Assembly: GCA_001801405.1 (NCBI GenBank)
Contig: MGXQ01000012.1
Location: 156 to 61,602, forward strand
Direction of reading: 5' to 3'
DNA length: 61,447 nt
Source: Gammaproteobacteria bacterium RIFCSPHIGHO2_02_FULL_42_13
GTDB taxonomy: Bacteria > Pseudomonadota > Gammaproteobacteria > UBA12402
Part shown: piece by piece, positions 46,255-56,111 of the stretch
How the letters are laid out: each line of letters opens with the position of its first letter
Numbering within the stretch: position 1 is the first letter of the stretch
Notes under the pieces: generated by a model
Seen by the model: the letters and a program-made list of their open reading frames with translations, nothing else
What the model was told of the DNA's origin: nothing
Database searches by the model: none
Made by a program: the position numbers and the translations under genes

Positions 46255-47426
46255 ACCGGCTCCTCACTTAAACAAACACTGCTCGGAATATTAATTAATC
46301 GAGCGGCAACACTCTTCGCGCCAGATAAATCCATGTGCGGACAACGTTGATACATCGGCAATGTATTCATCAATTCCCACACCGGTCTTAGAAAAATATT
46401 ATTCTTACAGGCTAACTCTAAAACGTCATTGCGATGATGTTGAGCGGCATCGCTCAACAATATAGCATTTAACCAACAATTGCTCTTAGCCTCTTTCGGC
46501 TCTTCCACAAACCGACATCCGTTATAATTTTCAAATATTCTTTTATACCTTTCCATCAACTGACGTTTTTTCTGCAGAAACTCAGGTATCTTTTCTAACT
46601 GCGCGCATCCCAGCGCCGCATTAATATTCGGCAAGCGATAATTATAACCGATACAATCATAATCATATTTCCAATGATGCGGCAATTTAGCCGTTGTCGT
46701 GATATGCTTCGCTTTTTTAGCCACGTCTTCATCATCGGTGATGATTGCCCCGCCGCCGCCCGTCGTAATAATTTTATTTCCATTAAAACTTAAGGCGCCA
46801 GCAAAACCATGATGACCCACGTGTTGACCTTTATAAAAAGAACCCAATGCTTCAGCCGCATCTTCAATCAATGTCAAATGATAGCGGTCACATAAAGCAA
46901 TCGCCGTATCTAAATCCACCGGATGACCAAACGTATGCATTACACATAACGCACGAATCGGTCGCTTTGTGATTTTATTAAAACAGACATTGTTTTTAAT
47001 TTCTGTGATCTCAGATAAATAACGTTCCAATTTTTCAAAGTCGATGTCTAAATGAGATTCTTCACTGTCAATAAAATGAGAAATACCACTGCAATATGCA
47101 ATCGCGTTACATGTGCCAATAAATGTCAACGCCGGCACTAACACTTCATCATTCGGCTTAACACCTGCCAACAGAAAAATAATATGCAATGCCGCAGTAC
47201 CATTCACCGCAACCACACAATATTTTGCGCCGGTATAGGCCGCTAGATCCGATTCAAATCGATCAACAAATTTTCCACCCGAAGAGACCCATCCTGTATC
47301 CAGACATTCTTTAACATAGCGCCATTCATTTCCAACGAACAGAGGCTCATGCAACGCAATACTCGCCTGATCCCTTGGCAAGCAATTTTTTAACGTTGTA
47401 ATAAACAAATGAGGATCAAACAACAT
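46239..47426 (-). CDS. DegT-family aminotransferase (LegC/PseC type)
   Basis: IEDAAEALG and ALSFNGNKIITTGGGGAI. The start is set at MLFDPH (ATG 47426), just after the upstream stop at 47416. Confidence 0.8.
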   Translation of the reverse strand: MLFDPHLFITTLKNCLPRDQASIALHEPLFVGNEWRYVKECLDTGWVSSGGKFVDRFESDLAAYTGAKYCVVAVNGTAALHIIFLLAGVKPNDEVLVPALTFIGTCNAIAYCSGISHFIDSEESHLDIDFEKLERYLSEITEIKNNVCFNKITKRPIRALCVMHTFGHPVDLDTAIALCDRYHLTLIEDAAEALGSFYKGQHVGHHGFAGALSFNGNKIITTGGGGAIITDDEDVAKKAKHITTTAKLPHHWKYDYDCIGYNYRLPNINAALGCAQLEKIPEFLQKKRQLMERYKRIFENYNGCRFVEEPKEAKSNCWLNAILLSDAAQHHRNDVLELACKNNIFLRPVWELMNTLPMYQRCPHMDLSGAKSVAARLINIPSSVCLSEEPVCEKY

Positions 47427-48426
47427 ATTGCCCACATTTATAATGTTTAAGATTTTCTGAACGCGAGAACCATTCAATGGTTCTCAGCAACCCTTTCTGC
47501 AAGCCCTCTATACCAGCATACGCCGGCGTCCAATCTAATAATGCTTTTGCTTTAGCGTTATCTGCCCATAATCGCTCAACCTCACTCTTTTTCGGCCGCA
47601 CCCTCTGCTCATCTGCAATCAACGTGATTTTTTTATTCATACAAGCAGCAATCAGCTTAACAAGATCGGCGATAGAAATTTCATAATTACTGCCAATATT
47701 AACGACTTCACCCATCACGCGATCAGATTCCGCCATCGCAATAAATGCATTTGCCGTATCGCCCACATAATTAAAATCTCGCGTCGGCGACAAAGAACCT
47801 AATTTAATCTCACTCGCTCCTGACGCAATTTGCGTAATAATCGTCGGAATCACTGCGCGCGTCGATTGACGCGGCCCATACGTGTTAAAGGGGCGTATCA
47901 CGCTCACCGGTGTACCAAACGCGTTATAAAAAGACAGCGCCAACTGATCCGCTCCGATTTTCGTCGCCGAATACGGCGACTGCCCTTGCAAAGGATGATC
48001 TTCCGTTATAGGAACAAACTGCGCCGTTCCATAAACCTCACTGGTTGACGTATGAATGATTTTTTCAACCCCAGCGTCTCTTGCCGCCTGCAAAACATTT
48101 AACGTTCCTTTAATATTGGTATCCACATAAGAATCCGGCGAATAATACGAATACGGAATACCAATCAATGCGGCCAAATGCATGACAATTTGACAATCTT
48201 TAACGGCATGGCGCACACCATTTGGATCACGCACATCGCCGACAAACACATCAAGGTTATTTTTAGTGGCAGCCGGCAACGCATCTAACCAGCCCCAACT
48301 ATTAAAAGAATTATATAAAACAAATGCCCGCACATCATAATTTGACGCGATGAGACGTTCCACCAAATGCGAGCCAATAAAGCCATCGGCACCAGTTACT
48401 AATATTTTTTTATTATTCAGTTTCAT
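47416..48426 (-). CDS. NAD-dependent NDP-HexNAc 4,6-dehydratase (LegB type)
   Basis: KILVTGADGFIGSHLVERL, YNSFNSWGWLD and YSATKIGAD. The start is set at MKLNNKK (ATG 48426). Confidence 0.78.
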   Translation of the reverse strand: MKLNNKKILVTGADGFIGSHLVERLIASNYDVRAFVLYNSFNSWGWLDALPAATKNNLDVFVGDVRDPNGVRHAVKDCQIVMHLAALIGIPYSYYSPDSYVDTNIKGTLNVLQAARDAGVEKIIHTSTSEVYGTAQFVPITEDHPLQGQSPYSATKIGADQLALSFYNAFGTPVSVIRPFNTYGPRQSTRAVIPTIITQIASGASEIKLGSLSPTRDFNYVGDTANAFIAMAESDRVMGEVVNIGSNYEISIADLVKLIAACMNKKITLIADEQRVRPKKSEVERLWADNAKAKALLDWTPAYAGIEGLQKGLLRTIEWFSRSENLKHYKCGQYVV

Positions 48427-49714
48427 AACCCTTCTCTTTTTCATATGGCAAATCCACCGTGCCATATAAATATTTTTCTGCAAAATGTCGGCCGATGCGA
48501 CCGTTAAAATATGTTTTAGTGAGTGCTCGGTAAGCGTTTTCCAAGTGCTTAGTATGATAAGTCTCATTGCTAATCCAGCGTAACACAGCTTGAATAAGCT
48601 TTTTCTTGAATATTACTTGCGCATCTGTTTCTTTTTGCATATTCTCTAAGTTTTCACACATTTCTTTTATCGCTTCTTGAATCTCCTTTGAAGAATTATC
48701 ATGTAAGGTATAGCGTTGATTAAATTGATGAATTTGATGAGAATCGAATGCTCCATTAATGCCAATCTCCTGCTTAAAAATTTCATTATAAGTCAAAAAT
48801 CGTTTTTGTTCATTAGAAAAAACATGCTTATAAATATAGATATCTGACGTTTTATAGGGCTGAACAAAAAGATAATCCGTCACATTTACCGCCAAAACAG
48901 GAACACCCAATAAAAAAGCCGCATCCAATATTCCTGAATTTGTTCCCAAATAAAATTTACAATTTTTTATTAAAAATAAATCCATCAACTCGGATTTATA
49001 GACTGTATTTGGATAATCTATATAATACTGATGGTATCCCAAATCCACTGAATCTCCCAGGCGAATGACCTGAAACCCTGCGGCTTTTAGACATTTCAAA
49101 CCTTCAATATAATTTTCTATATTTGAATTACGATAAGAAGAATACGAAGAATCATTATAGTAATGCTGTGTCCGTATATGCAAACAAACATAGGGCTTGT
49201 TTCGATGAATCCCCAGATGTTCCATTGTTTTTTCACAATATAATTGATCCTCATCACAAAAATATAATTTCTGTTTTTTTTCAAGAAAATATTTCCAATC
49301 AATATTGCTCACGCTAGCGGAATCAAAATATTTTAATACGTTGACATTAAACAAATCCTTGCAGCCACACCCTATAAATTGCAAATTGAGTTCTCTTAAA
49401 ATCTTTAATTTACATAAAATCGCACGGCCAGCAAACCCTATAAAAAACATGACCCCATAATAACAACCAATGACCTCATCAATCCAGAAGGGAGGCTTGC
49501 CCAAAAAAACTCCTGCCAATCTATAGACTGCACCTCTTTGTACATAGCGAAATTTTCTTTTAAAAATAGAGCTAAACGGTATGCGTTTGCGAACGAATAA
49601 AATCTGTTTATTTTGTCTCTCCGCCTTAAACAAGGCGTATAGAATTTTTTCACAGAGATTGCCAATAACAATATCATAATCTGCAACAAAAATAAATTTT
49701 TTTTTATGCACCAT
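48413..49714 (-). CDS. putative glycosyltransferase, tandem paralog A (uncharacterised family)
   Basis: Full-length similarity to the neighbouring gene 49759-51015, for example VCLHIRTQHY..RNSNIENYIE..VIRLGDSV..YYIDYPNT..SELMDLFLIKNC..GTNSGILDAAFLLGVPVLAVNV. The start is set at MVHKKKF (ATG 49714, AAGGA upstream) by alignment with the paralog. An A9 tract lies at 49697-49705. Confidence 0.6.
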   Translation of the reverse strand: MVHKKKFIFVADYDIVIGNLCEKILYALFKAERQNKQILFVRKRIPFSSIFKRKFRYVQRGAVYRLAGVFLGKPPFWIDEVIGCYYGVMFFIGFAGRAILCKLKILRELNLQFIGCGCKDLFNVNVLKYFDSASVSNIDWKYFLEKKQKLYFCDEDQLYCEKTMEHLGIHRNKPYVCLHIRTQHYYNDSSYSSYRNSNIENYIEGLKCLKAAGFQVIRLGDSVDLGYHQYYIDYPNTVYKSELMDLFLIKNCKFYLGTNSGILDAAFLLGVPVLAVNVTDYLFVQPYKTSDIYIYKHVFSNEQKRFLTYNEIFKQEIGINGAFDSHQIHQFNQRYTLHDNSSKEIQEAIKEMCENLENMQKETDAQVIFKKKLIQAVLRWISNETYHTKHLENAYRALTKTYFNGRIGRHFAEKYLYGTVDLPYEKEKGYETE

Positions 49715-49758
49715 TTCTTTTCCTTGCTCAACCTCAATATCCAACAATAATAATATTT

Positions 49759-51015
49759 CTAGCTATCCCCATATAAATAACTTGCCGCGAACTCTTTACC
49801 CACTCGACCATTAAAATATGTCTTAATTGCCACCCTACATGCATTTTCCACATGAGGCGCATAGTGCTCTTCCCTCATCCAACGATAACTACATTGATTC
49901 AGCTCTTCTTTAAACTTCTTCTGAACAACTGTTTCTTCAGATAGGCACACCAAGTTATTTAACATTTCTTTCACCGCGTCCGCAATCTCTTCTGACGTAT
50001 TTTCAATCAATTTGTATTCTTTATTAAATCTTTCAAAAACGCTAATATTACAATTAGTATGAATAATATCACCCGCTATCTGGAAAGCTTCATGAAAAGA
50101 TATTATTTTTTTCTGAACACAAGAAAAAATACGCTTGTAAATAAAAAGATCGACAGATTTATAGGGTCGCACAGATAAATAATCAGAAACATTAACCGCT
50201 AACGTAGGTGCCCCTAACAAAAGTGCCGTATCCAAAATCCCCGAATTGGTTCCCCAAAAAAACCGGCAATGTTTGATTAAAAATAAATCCATCAATTCTG
50301 ATCGAAAAGGCGTATTAGGGTAATCAATATAGTAGTCTTCATGCCCCAAAGGAACTGAATCACCCAGTCTAATAACGACTCCCCCTAAAGACCGTATATA
50401 CCTCATCGCCTCTATATAATTTTCTATGTGTGAATTTCTATGATAAGAACTATGATCGCCATGATAATGACCTGTCCTAATATGTAAACACACATACCAC
50501 TGCTCTGGATGAACGCCTAAGCGATGCAATATCGCCTGACATTTAGCCTCATCCTGAGGATATAATGAAATTTTTTGATCCTTGTTCAACAAAAAAGCCC
50601 AATCAATTTGTTGTATTGAATTCACATCAAATGTCGCATCTAAATTGATATTAAATAAATCTTGATATTCACGGCCTACTAACTGTAGTTTCATGTTTTC
50701 AATCAACCTCAATTTCCATAGAATCGACTGGCTAATAAAATTAATCCAAAATAAAAATCCATAATACAGCCCCACTATTTTAATAATACAACAATCTTTT
50801 GTAATCAGAAAAGGGCTCCGCAATCTATATACCCCACGCAATTGCCTGCGTGTAAATATTCTCCCTAAAAATCTATCACAAAATATCCATTTTCTAACAA
50901 GTTTGACTTTCTTATTTAATCTTTCTCCTTTTAACAAGGCATAAAATAAATTTTCCGAAAAATTACCAATATTAAGGTCGTCGTATAATACCAGTATAAA
51001 ACTTTTTTTACTCAT
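49759..51015 (-). CDS. putative glycosyltransferase, tandem paralog B (uncharacterised family)
   Basis: VCLHIRTGHY..RNSHIENYIE..VIRLGDSV..YYIDYPNT..SELMDLFLIKHC..GTNSGILDTALLLGAPTLAVNV. The C-terminus YFNGRVGKEFAASYLYG matches YFNGRIGRHFAEKYLYG in paralog A. Confidence 0.6.
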   Translation of the reverse strand: MSKKSFILVLYDDLNIGNFSENLFYALLKGERLNKKVKLVRKWIFCDRFLGRIFTRRQLRGVYRLRSPFLITKDCCIIKIVGLYYGFLFWINFISQSILWKLRLIENMKLQLVGREYQDLFNINLDATFDVNSIQQIDWAFLLNKDQKISLYPQDEAKCQAILHRLGVHPEQWYVCLHIRTGHYHGDHSSYHRNSHIENYIEAMRYIRSLGGVVIRLGDSVPLGHEDYYIDYPNTPFRSELMDLFLIKHCRFFWGTNSGILDTALLLGAPTLAVNVSDYLSVRPYKSVDLFIYKRIFSCVQKKIISFHEAFQIAGDIIHTNCNISVFERFNKEYKLIENTSEEIADAVKEMLNNLVCLSEETVVQKKFKEELNQCSYRWMREEHYAPHVENACRVAIKTYFNGRVGKEFAASYLYGDS

Positions 51016-51715
51016 GCAATCCCCTTGCCTCTATCTGGGCAAGCGCGTAACTTTCTAACGTACCAATATCTCGATGATATACGTCGTTATGGAAAGTATT
51101 GATATGCCCGATAAATCTAGGAATCACTTCTGTACTAAAATCAATTTTTTCTTTTTTTAACCCCGCCAAAAATTTTAACACATTCGATGAAATAATATAA
51201 ACCGCCCCGCTTGCTAAATGACTGGGGGGGCTTTTCACCTTTTCATAAAAACCAACGACAATATTATTATCATCCAACTCAACCACTCCGCACGATGTCG
51301 GATTATCTGTCTTAAAGGTCATCATTGTCATATCAACATTTTTTGGCCGCTCATAATAGGAACGTACAAAAGATTTAAAATCACAGATACACAGATTATC
51401 TGCATGCGCCATCAATACATCATCACCACCAAAAAAATCTCTATTTTTATGTAACGTTCCGCCCGTTAACAATAATTCTTCTTCATAAACGGTTTTAATA
51501 ATCGTTTTATATGGAGAATGATCAACAAACGCTTGAACTTGGTCAGCTTTATAATGCAGGTTAATTAGTATTCCTTGAGCCCCCGCAGCGACTAAATTTT
51601 CTAACCAATACGCTAATAAAGGTTTCCCATTGATAGGAACCAAGCATTTTGGCACGTAATCTGTAATCGGCTTTAATCTATTGCCAAAGCCCGCGGCTAA
51701 TAATAGCGCTTTCAT
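51008..51715 (-). CDS. sugar-1-phosphate nucleotidyltransferase (NTP_transferase, HddC/RmlA-like short form)
   Basis: MKALLLAAGFGNRLKPITDYVPKCLVPINGKPLL. 235 aa. Confidence 0.8.
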   Translation of the reverse strand: MKALLLAAGFGNRLKPITDYVPKCLVPINGKPLLAYWLENLVAAGAQGILINLHYKADQVQAFVDHSPYKTIIKTVYEEELLLTGGTLHKNRDFFGGDDVLMAHADNLCICDFKSFVRSYYERPKNVDMTMMTFKTDNPTSCGVVELDDNNIVVGFYEKVKSPPSHLASGAVYIISSNVLKFLAGLKKEKIDFSTEVIPRFIGHINTFHNDVYHRDIGTLESYALAQIEARGLHE

Positions 51716-53212
51716 TTAACTCATCATCTCTTTTAGAATTTCTTCTTGTTGCAAGGGTAAATTGCCTAGTCGCCCCACCTGACAAGCCGCCACCAACGCG
51801 CCTACATAAGCGCTTTGCCAAATATCAGCGCCAGCAGCCAACCCTAAAGACGTTCCAACTAATAAGGCATCCCCACCACCCGCAACATCTTTGGGCGCTT
51901 TATTAAATACCGGCAATCGATCTGTTAATAAATCCGCGGCTGAATTTTGCATCTCATTAACAATCATGCCTTCTGCACCGAGAGTAATCACGATATTTTT
52001 CGGATGAATTTTCTGTCGCAATTTGTCCGCCAACACAATTAATCCTGATTCGAAATCTTTTACCGCCAAGCGAATTTCCCTTTCTGTCGGCGTAACTAAT
52101 GACATGTTCTCAAATCGAGAAATATCCCCCATTTGTGAAGACGATTGACTATCCGCGGTCACAATAATATTGTGCCCCAATGCAAGCGCGGATACAGTCG
52201 CAATTAATTTTTTTGGCAAACATCCATAACTAAAATCAGAAAAAATTAATAAATCTATCTTATCTAAATGATGCCGAATATCTTCAATTATTTTTTCCTG
52301 CAACTCATTATCGATGTGATGCTGCTTTAATCGGTTGACTCTTAATAACGTCTTACCATTTGCTCGAAAACGCTGTTTATGCGTTGTTTCCCTTGTTTTA
52401 TCTGTATATAAATGTGCATCAATATGATATTCATGCATTTTTCCTTCGACAAAATCAGATAACTTATCATCACCCAATATCGAATAAAAGCTCACCTGCG
52501 CTCCCAATCCAGCCGCATGTGCCGCGACAATGCCAGCACCACCCAAAAATTTATCCGATGAGATCGGAGTCACCACAATGGTAGGATCTTCTTGACTCAT
52601 CCCGAGCGGATCACACATCACATATTCATCCACAATCGTATCGCCAATCACTAATACCTTCAGAGAAGAAAATTTCTTAACAAGTGCCGTTAAATCATTA
52701 AAATTAAAATTATGTCGACTCAGATAATCCAGTGGCTTCTCAATGCTGGATAATTCAAATCGACTAAATTCTTTTTTCAATAAATCCAATGAGGAAAAAC
52801 GAATATCGCCCGAACCAAAAACCAGTTTCCCGCCATAAGACGCCAATACCGCTTCTTCAGGATTATGAACCACTTCAAATTCACTGCCTTTCACAACGAT
52901 ATGCGGTTTTAATTTCACAATAAAATCCGCGACACTGGATTGCAAGACAAAAACATAATCGACATAATGCGTGGCACTCAGCGCTTCTAATCGCAAATGC
53001 GATGGCAACAGAGTCTTATCAGCTATATCAGGCTCCAAGGCAACCACCAAGAAGTCCCCCAACCCTTTAGCAAATTTTAACAATCGAATATGTCCAGGAT
53101 GCAGAATATTAAACCGACCCGACACTAAAACAATTTTACTATGGCGACCTTTAGATCGAATACTATCAATAACACCCTCATCATCTGTTCCGCACAATAG
53201 TGTTGCATCCAT
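51716..53212 (-). CDS. bifunctional protein: N-terminal cytidylyltransferase-like (HIGH-motif) domain plus C-terminal PfkB sugar kinase domain
   Basis: The N-terminal domain has VLVSGRFNILHPGHIRLLKFAK (GxFxxxHxGH nucleotidyltransferase motif). The C-terminal domain has GGAGIVAAHAAGLGA and DVAGGGDALLVGTSLGLAAG (PfkB anion-hole motif). The domain order is the reverse of HldE/RfaE. Confidence 0.75.
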   Translation of the reverse strand: MDATLLCGTDDEGVIDSIRSKGRHSKIVLVSGRFNILHPGHIRLLKFAKGLGDFLVVALEPDIADKTLLPSHLRLEALSATHYVDYVFVLQSSVADFIVKLKPHIVVKGSEFEVVHNPEEAVLASYGGKLVFGSGDIRFSSLDLLKKEFSRFELSSIEKPLDYLSRHNFNFNDLTALVKKFSSLKVLVIGDTIVDEYVMCDPLGMSQEDPTIVVTPISSDKFLGGAGIVAAHAAGLGAQVSFYSILGDDKLSDFVEGKMHEYHIDAHLYTDKTRETTHKQRFRANGKTLLRVNRLKQHHIDNELQEKIIEDIRHHLDKIDLLIFSDFSYGCLPKKLIATVSALALGHNIIVTADSQSSSQMGDISRFENMSLVTPTEREIRLAVKDFESGLIVLADKLRQKIHPKNIVITLGAEGMIVNEMQNSAADLLTDRLPVFNKAPKDVAGGGDALLVGTSLGLAAGADIWQSAYVGALVAACQVGRLGNLPLQQEEILKEMMS

Positions 53213-53231
53213 AGATCATTACATCATTAAA

Positions 53232-54317
53232 TTAAACAAAGTTAACATGTTCGGGCTTACGAGAAACCATCCAAAGAAAATCATTAATCGCATGCGACCG
53301 ACAATTACTATAACAAACCTTGTGAACGTCAAGCTTACTTACTTTATCGACCACTTCCCAATAACGATCACTCTCAATAATTTCCTTAAAGCTCTGCGTC
53401 GTCAGATCGCCCATGCGAAACTCTTCTTCTTTGAAATCAAAAAAAACGCCACAAGGATACAATCGACCTGTGCCGCTGGAATATAAAAGAAAGGGTGGCG
53501 CAAAACAGGTGTCATAATTTCGCTTCCCTTCATTTGTAATATGTGCCCATTTAATAATGACTTTATAAGCATCGGTACTTTTTGATTCCGCCTCTTTAAG
53601 CACACTTTCAAAGCTTGCGTATTTTCCTAATTGCTTATAAATACCCAAACCATTATCAACCGTATCGCTACATTGTTTAACGACAAAGTAATCAACGCCA
53701 ATAGCTCGCCCTAACTCAGCAAGAGCAATCACTTGATCGACGTTGGTAGGCGTCAAAACCATCTGAATACCAATGGTCACGCTTAATTTATTTTCTTTTT
53801 TCGTCCTTACACAATGCTTCATACTATCAATCATTCGATTAAACATAGGACTATTATGTACACGCTGATAGCCTTCTTCTGAGGCGGCAGATAAATTAAA
53901 TCGTATCCATTTTAAAGAAGATAACGCTTTCGCCCCTTTCTCTTCCAAATCAAATAAAACACCATTCGTTGCCAACGCAATATCAATTCCCGCCTTTGTC
54001 CCTTCTTCAATCGCATCATAAATATGGGGATTTAAGAGCGGTTCACCTTCGCCAATAAAGCCCATCGAACGAACACCACATTCTCCTGCGCTACGCATAT
54101 AGTTTAACAATGCCTCTCTTGGAAAATATTGTTCCGCCCCTTGATTATATTTATTCCCCTGAAGGGTTCCATAACAATATTCACAATGAATATTACACCC
54201 CTTGCTTAAACCCACATCAATATGAATAGGCGTTATACGCTTTCCATCTAACCAAGCATTAACACGATCAAGATGCCAGTATAATTTATGACTACCCATT
54301 CTGTATGTATCTTTCAT
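53232..54317 (-). CDS. radical SAM enzyme with a Cys-rich C-terminal (twitch/SPASM-like) region, paralog 1
   Basis: GCNIHCEYCYG (CxxxCxxC), GEGEPLL, C-terminal cysteines (DTCF, YPCG, VCYSNC) and a tail ending HVNFV. 361 aa. Confidence 0.8.
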   Translation of the reverse strand: MKDTYRMGSHKLYWHLDRVNAWLDGKRITPIHIDVGLSKGCNIHCEYCYGTLQGNKYNQGAEQYFPREALLNYMRSAGECGVRSMGFIGEGEPLLNPHIYDAIEEGTKAGIDIALATNGVLFDLEEKGAKALSSLKWIRFNLSAASEEGYQRVHNSPMFNRMIDSMKHCVRTKKENKLSVTIGIQMVLTPTNVDQVIALAELGRAIGVDYFVVKQCSDTVDNGLGIYKQLGKYASFESVLKEAESKSTDAYKVIIKWAHITNEGKRNYDTCFAPPFLLYSSGTGRLYPCGVFFDFKEEEFRMGDLTTQSFKEIIESDRYWEVVDKVSKLDVHKVCYSNCRSHAINDFLWMVSRKPEHVNFV

Positions 54318-54321
54318 AGCG

Positions 54322-55176
54322 CTACTCCCCTTTTATTAAAACATTACAATAATCTTGAACGGCAGCCTGCCAACTGCGCAATTTTTTTATTTTGGACGAA
54401 GTAATGGGTGTGTTTAAATTTTTTTGCCCAATATAGGGGAAATCCCTAAACGAACCCGCCCTAATCGGAACCTGCAGATTTAAGCACTTGCCAATTTCCA
54501 GCATAAATTCATATAACGAAACCGCACCCTCATTCGCGATATGATAAAGTCCAAACGCATTTTGCTCATTCAAAATTTCTTTTACTTTGCAAGCAATATC
54601 TACACTATACGTTGGTGACAAAAACACATCATCGGCCACAAACAATTCTTTCTGTCCATTTTCAATTCGCTGTAACATCTTTTCAACAAATTGATTCTTT
54701 TTCGTCGCCTCACCAAACAATACAGAAAGCCTAAAAATATAGTACCGTTTGGCATAGGCCATCACCATGCAGTCCCCGCCATATTTTGTCACCCCATAAA
54801 GATTCAGCGGACAAGGCGAATCCTCTTCTGTATAAAAAGCCCCTTTCTCGTTATTACCAAATACAGCATCCGTTGAAAAATGCACTAATAAAAAGTTTCT
54901 TTTAACAGAAAGTTCCGCCAAAATTTTGGGGTACAACGTATTCAATAAAAACGCTTTTTCCGGCTCTTGTTCACACGGATCAATTCCCAAAAAAGCAACT
55001 GTGTTGATCACAATATCCGGATTTAATTCTTCAATTAATTTTTCAACCGAATCAAATTGGCTCGCATCAAAATCATGGCTATTTTTTCCCACCACTTCAT
55101 AATCACCACTCAATACTTTCGTAAGAGCAACCCCCATCTTTCCCGTGTGTCCGAGCAATAATATTTTTTTTATCAC
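54322..55176 (-). CDS. RmlD-like NDP-4-ketosugar reductase (SDR, RmlD substrate-binding family)
   Basis: KILLLGHTGKMG and YGVTKYGGD (YxxxK). 284 aa. Confidence 0.7.
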   Translation of the reverse strand: MIKKILLLGHTGKMGVALTKVLSGDYEVVGKNSHDFDASQFDSVEKLIEELNPDIVINTVAFLGIDPCEQEPEKAFLLNTLYPKILAELSVKRNFLLVHFSTDAVFGNNEKGAFYTEEDSPCPLNLYGVTKYGGDCMVMAYAKRYYIFRLSVLFGEATKKNQFVEKMLQRIENGQKELFVADDVFLSPTYSVDIACKVKEILNEQNAFGLYHIANEGAVSLYEFMLEIGKCLNLQVPIRAGSFRDFPYIGQKNLNTPITSSKIKKLRSWQAAVQDYCNVLIKGE

Positions 55177-56093
55177 TATTTTTTTTCCAGCCTCATTACG
55201 TTATCGACAATATGCTCTGCTGAAAGTCCAAATCTTTTTCGGAGACCTGTGATACTATGAACCGCATGAATAAAGCCGTAAGGAATTCCCATCACATGCA
55301 GTTTCCATGCAACAGTCGTTGCCATACATGCTTGCATTAAAATATTACCTAGTCCAGAATTTTCAAAATGCTCTTCAACAACCACAACGTGCTTTACATC
55401 ATCTGTCATTTTGCACAATGATCCAAAGTCCAATGGCTGCAACATCGGAATAGAAATAAGTTTCGGATGTATATTTTTGCTCTTTAAAATCTCTGCCGCC
55501 TTCATCACATCATCTGCAATCGAACCATGAAAAACAATCGCCACCTCTTTTCCATCTTTTATAAGTTGCGGCTTTGTAATGTCAAATTTTTCTCTCTCAT
55601 GTATATTGGGTTCACCGCGTTTAGCCAAACGAATATATGTCGGGGAATCACTCGTAAATGAATACTCCGCTGCCAAACGTGCCTCTATCGGATCAATCGG
55701 CGAAATGATTTTCAAATTGGGCAAGGTACGCGCCAACGCTAAATCCTCAACAGAATAATGCGTCATGCCAGCCGGCGCATAAGTAACCCCACTACCAACC
55801 CCAATCAAAACAACGGGTATATTTTGATAACAGATATCATTCCGCACTTGCTCATAACAACGATATAAGACAAAGGGAATAATATTATAAACATATACCT
55901 TAAATCCCACCAACCCCATGCCCGCGGCAAAACCAATCGCATTCTGCTCGGCAATGCCCATGTTTTTAAATTTATTTGGGTATTGTTTTTGCAAACCTTC
56001 AAACAGACCCAGCCCCGCATCACCCGAGAGCATGAAAAAATCTTTATGACTCGAATGCGTTTTGATTAATGTTTCAATAAATGTATTTCTCAT
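55176..56093 (-). CDS. transketolase, C-terminal (pyrimidine-binding) subunit
   Basis: GIAEQNAIGFAAGMGLVGFK and a downstream transketolase C-terminal-domain pattern. 305 aa. Confidence 0.85.
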   Translation of the reverse strand: MRNTFIETLIKTHSSHKDFFMLSGDAGLGLFEGLQKQYPNKFKNMGIAEQNAIGFAAGMGLVGFKVYVYNIIPFVLYRCYEQVRNDICYQNIPVVLIGVGSGVTYAPAGMTHYSVEDLALARTLPNLKIISPIDPIEARLAAEYSFTSDSPTYIRLAKRGEPNIHEREKFDITKPQLIKDGKEVAIVFHGSIADDVMKAAEILKSKNIHPKLISIPMLQPLDFGSLCKMTDDVKHVVVVEEHFENSGLGNILMQACMATTVAWKLHVMGIPYGFIHAVHSITGLRKRFGLSAEHIVDNVMRLEKK

Positions 56094-56111
56094 AATTAGC
56101 CTATACTCGCC

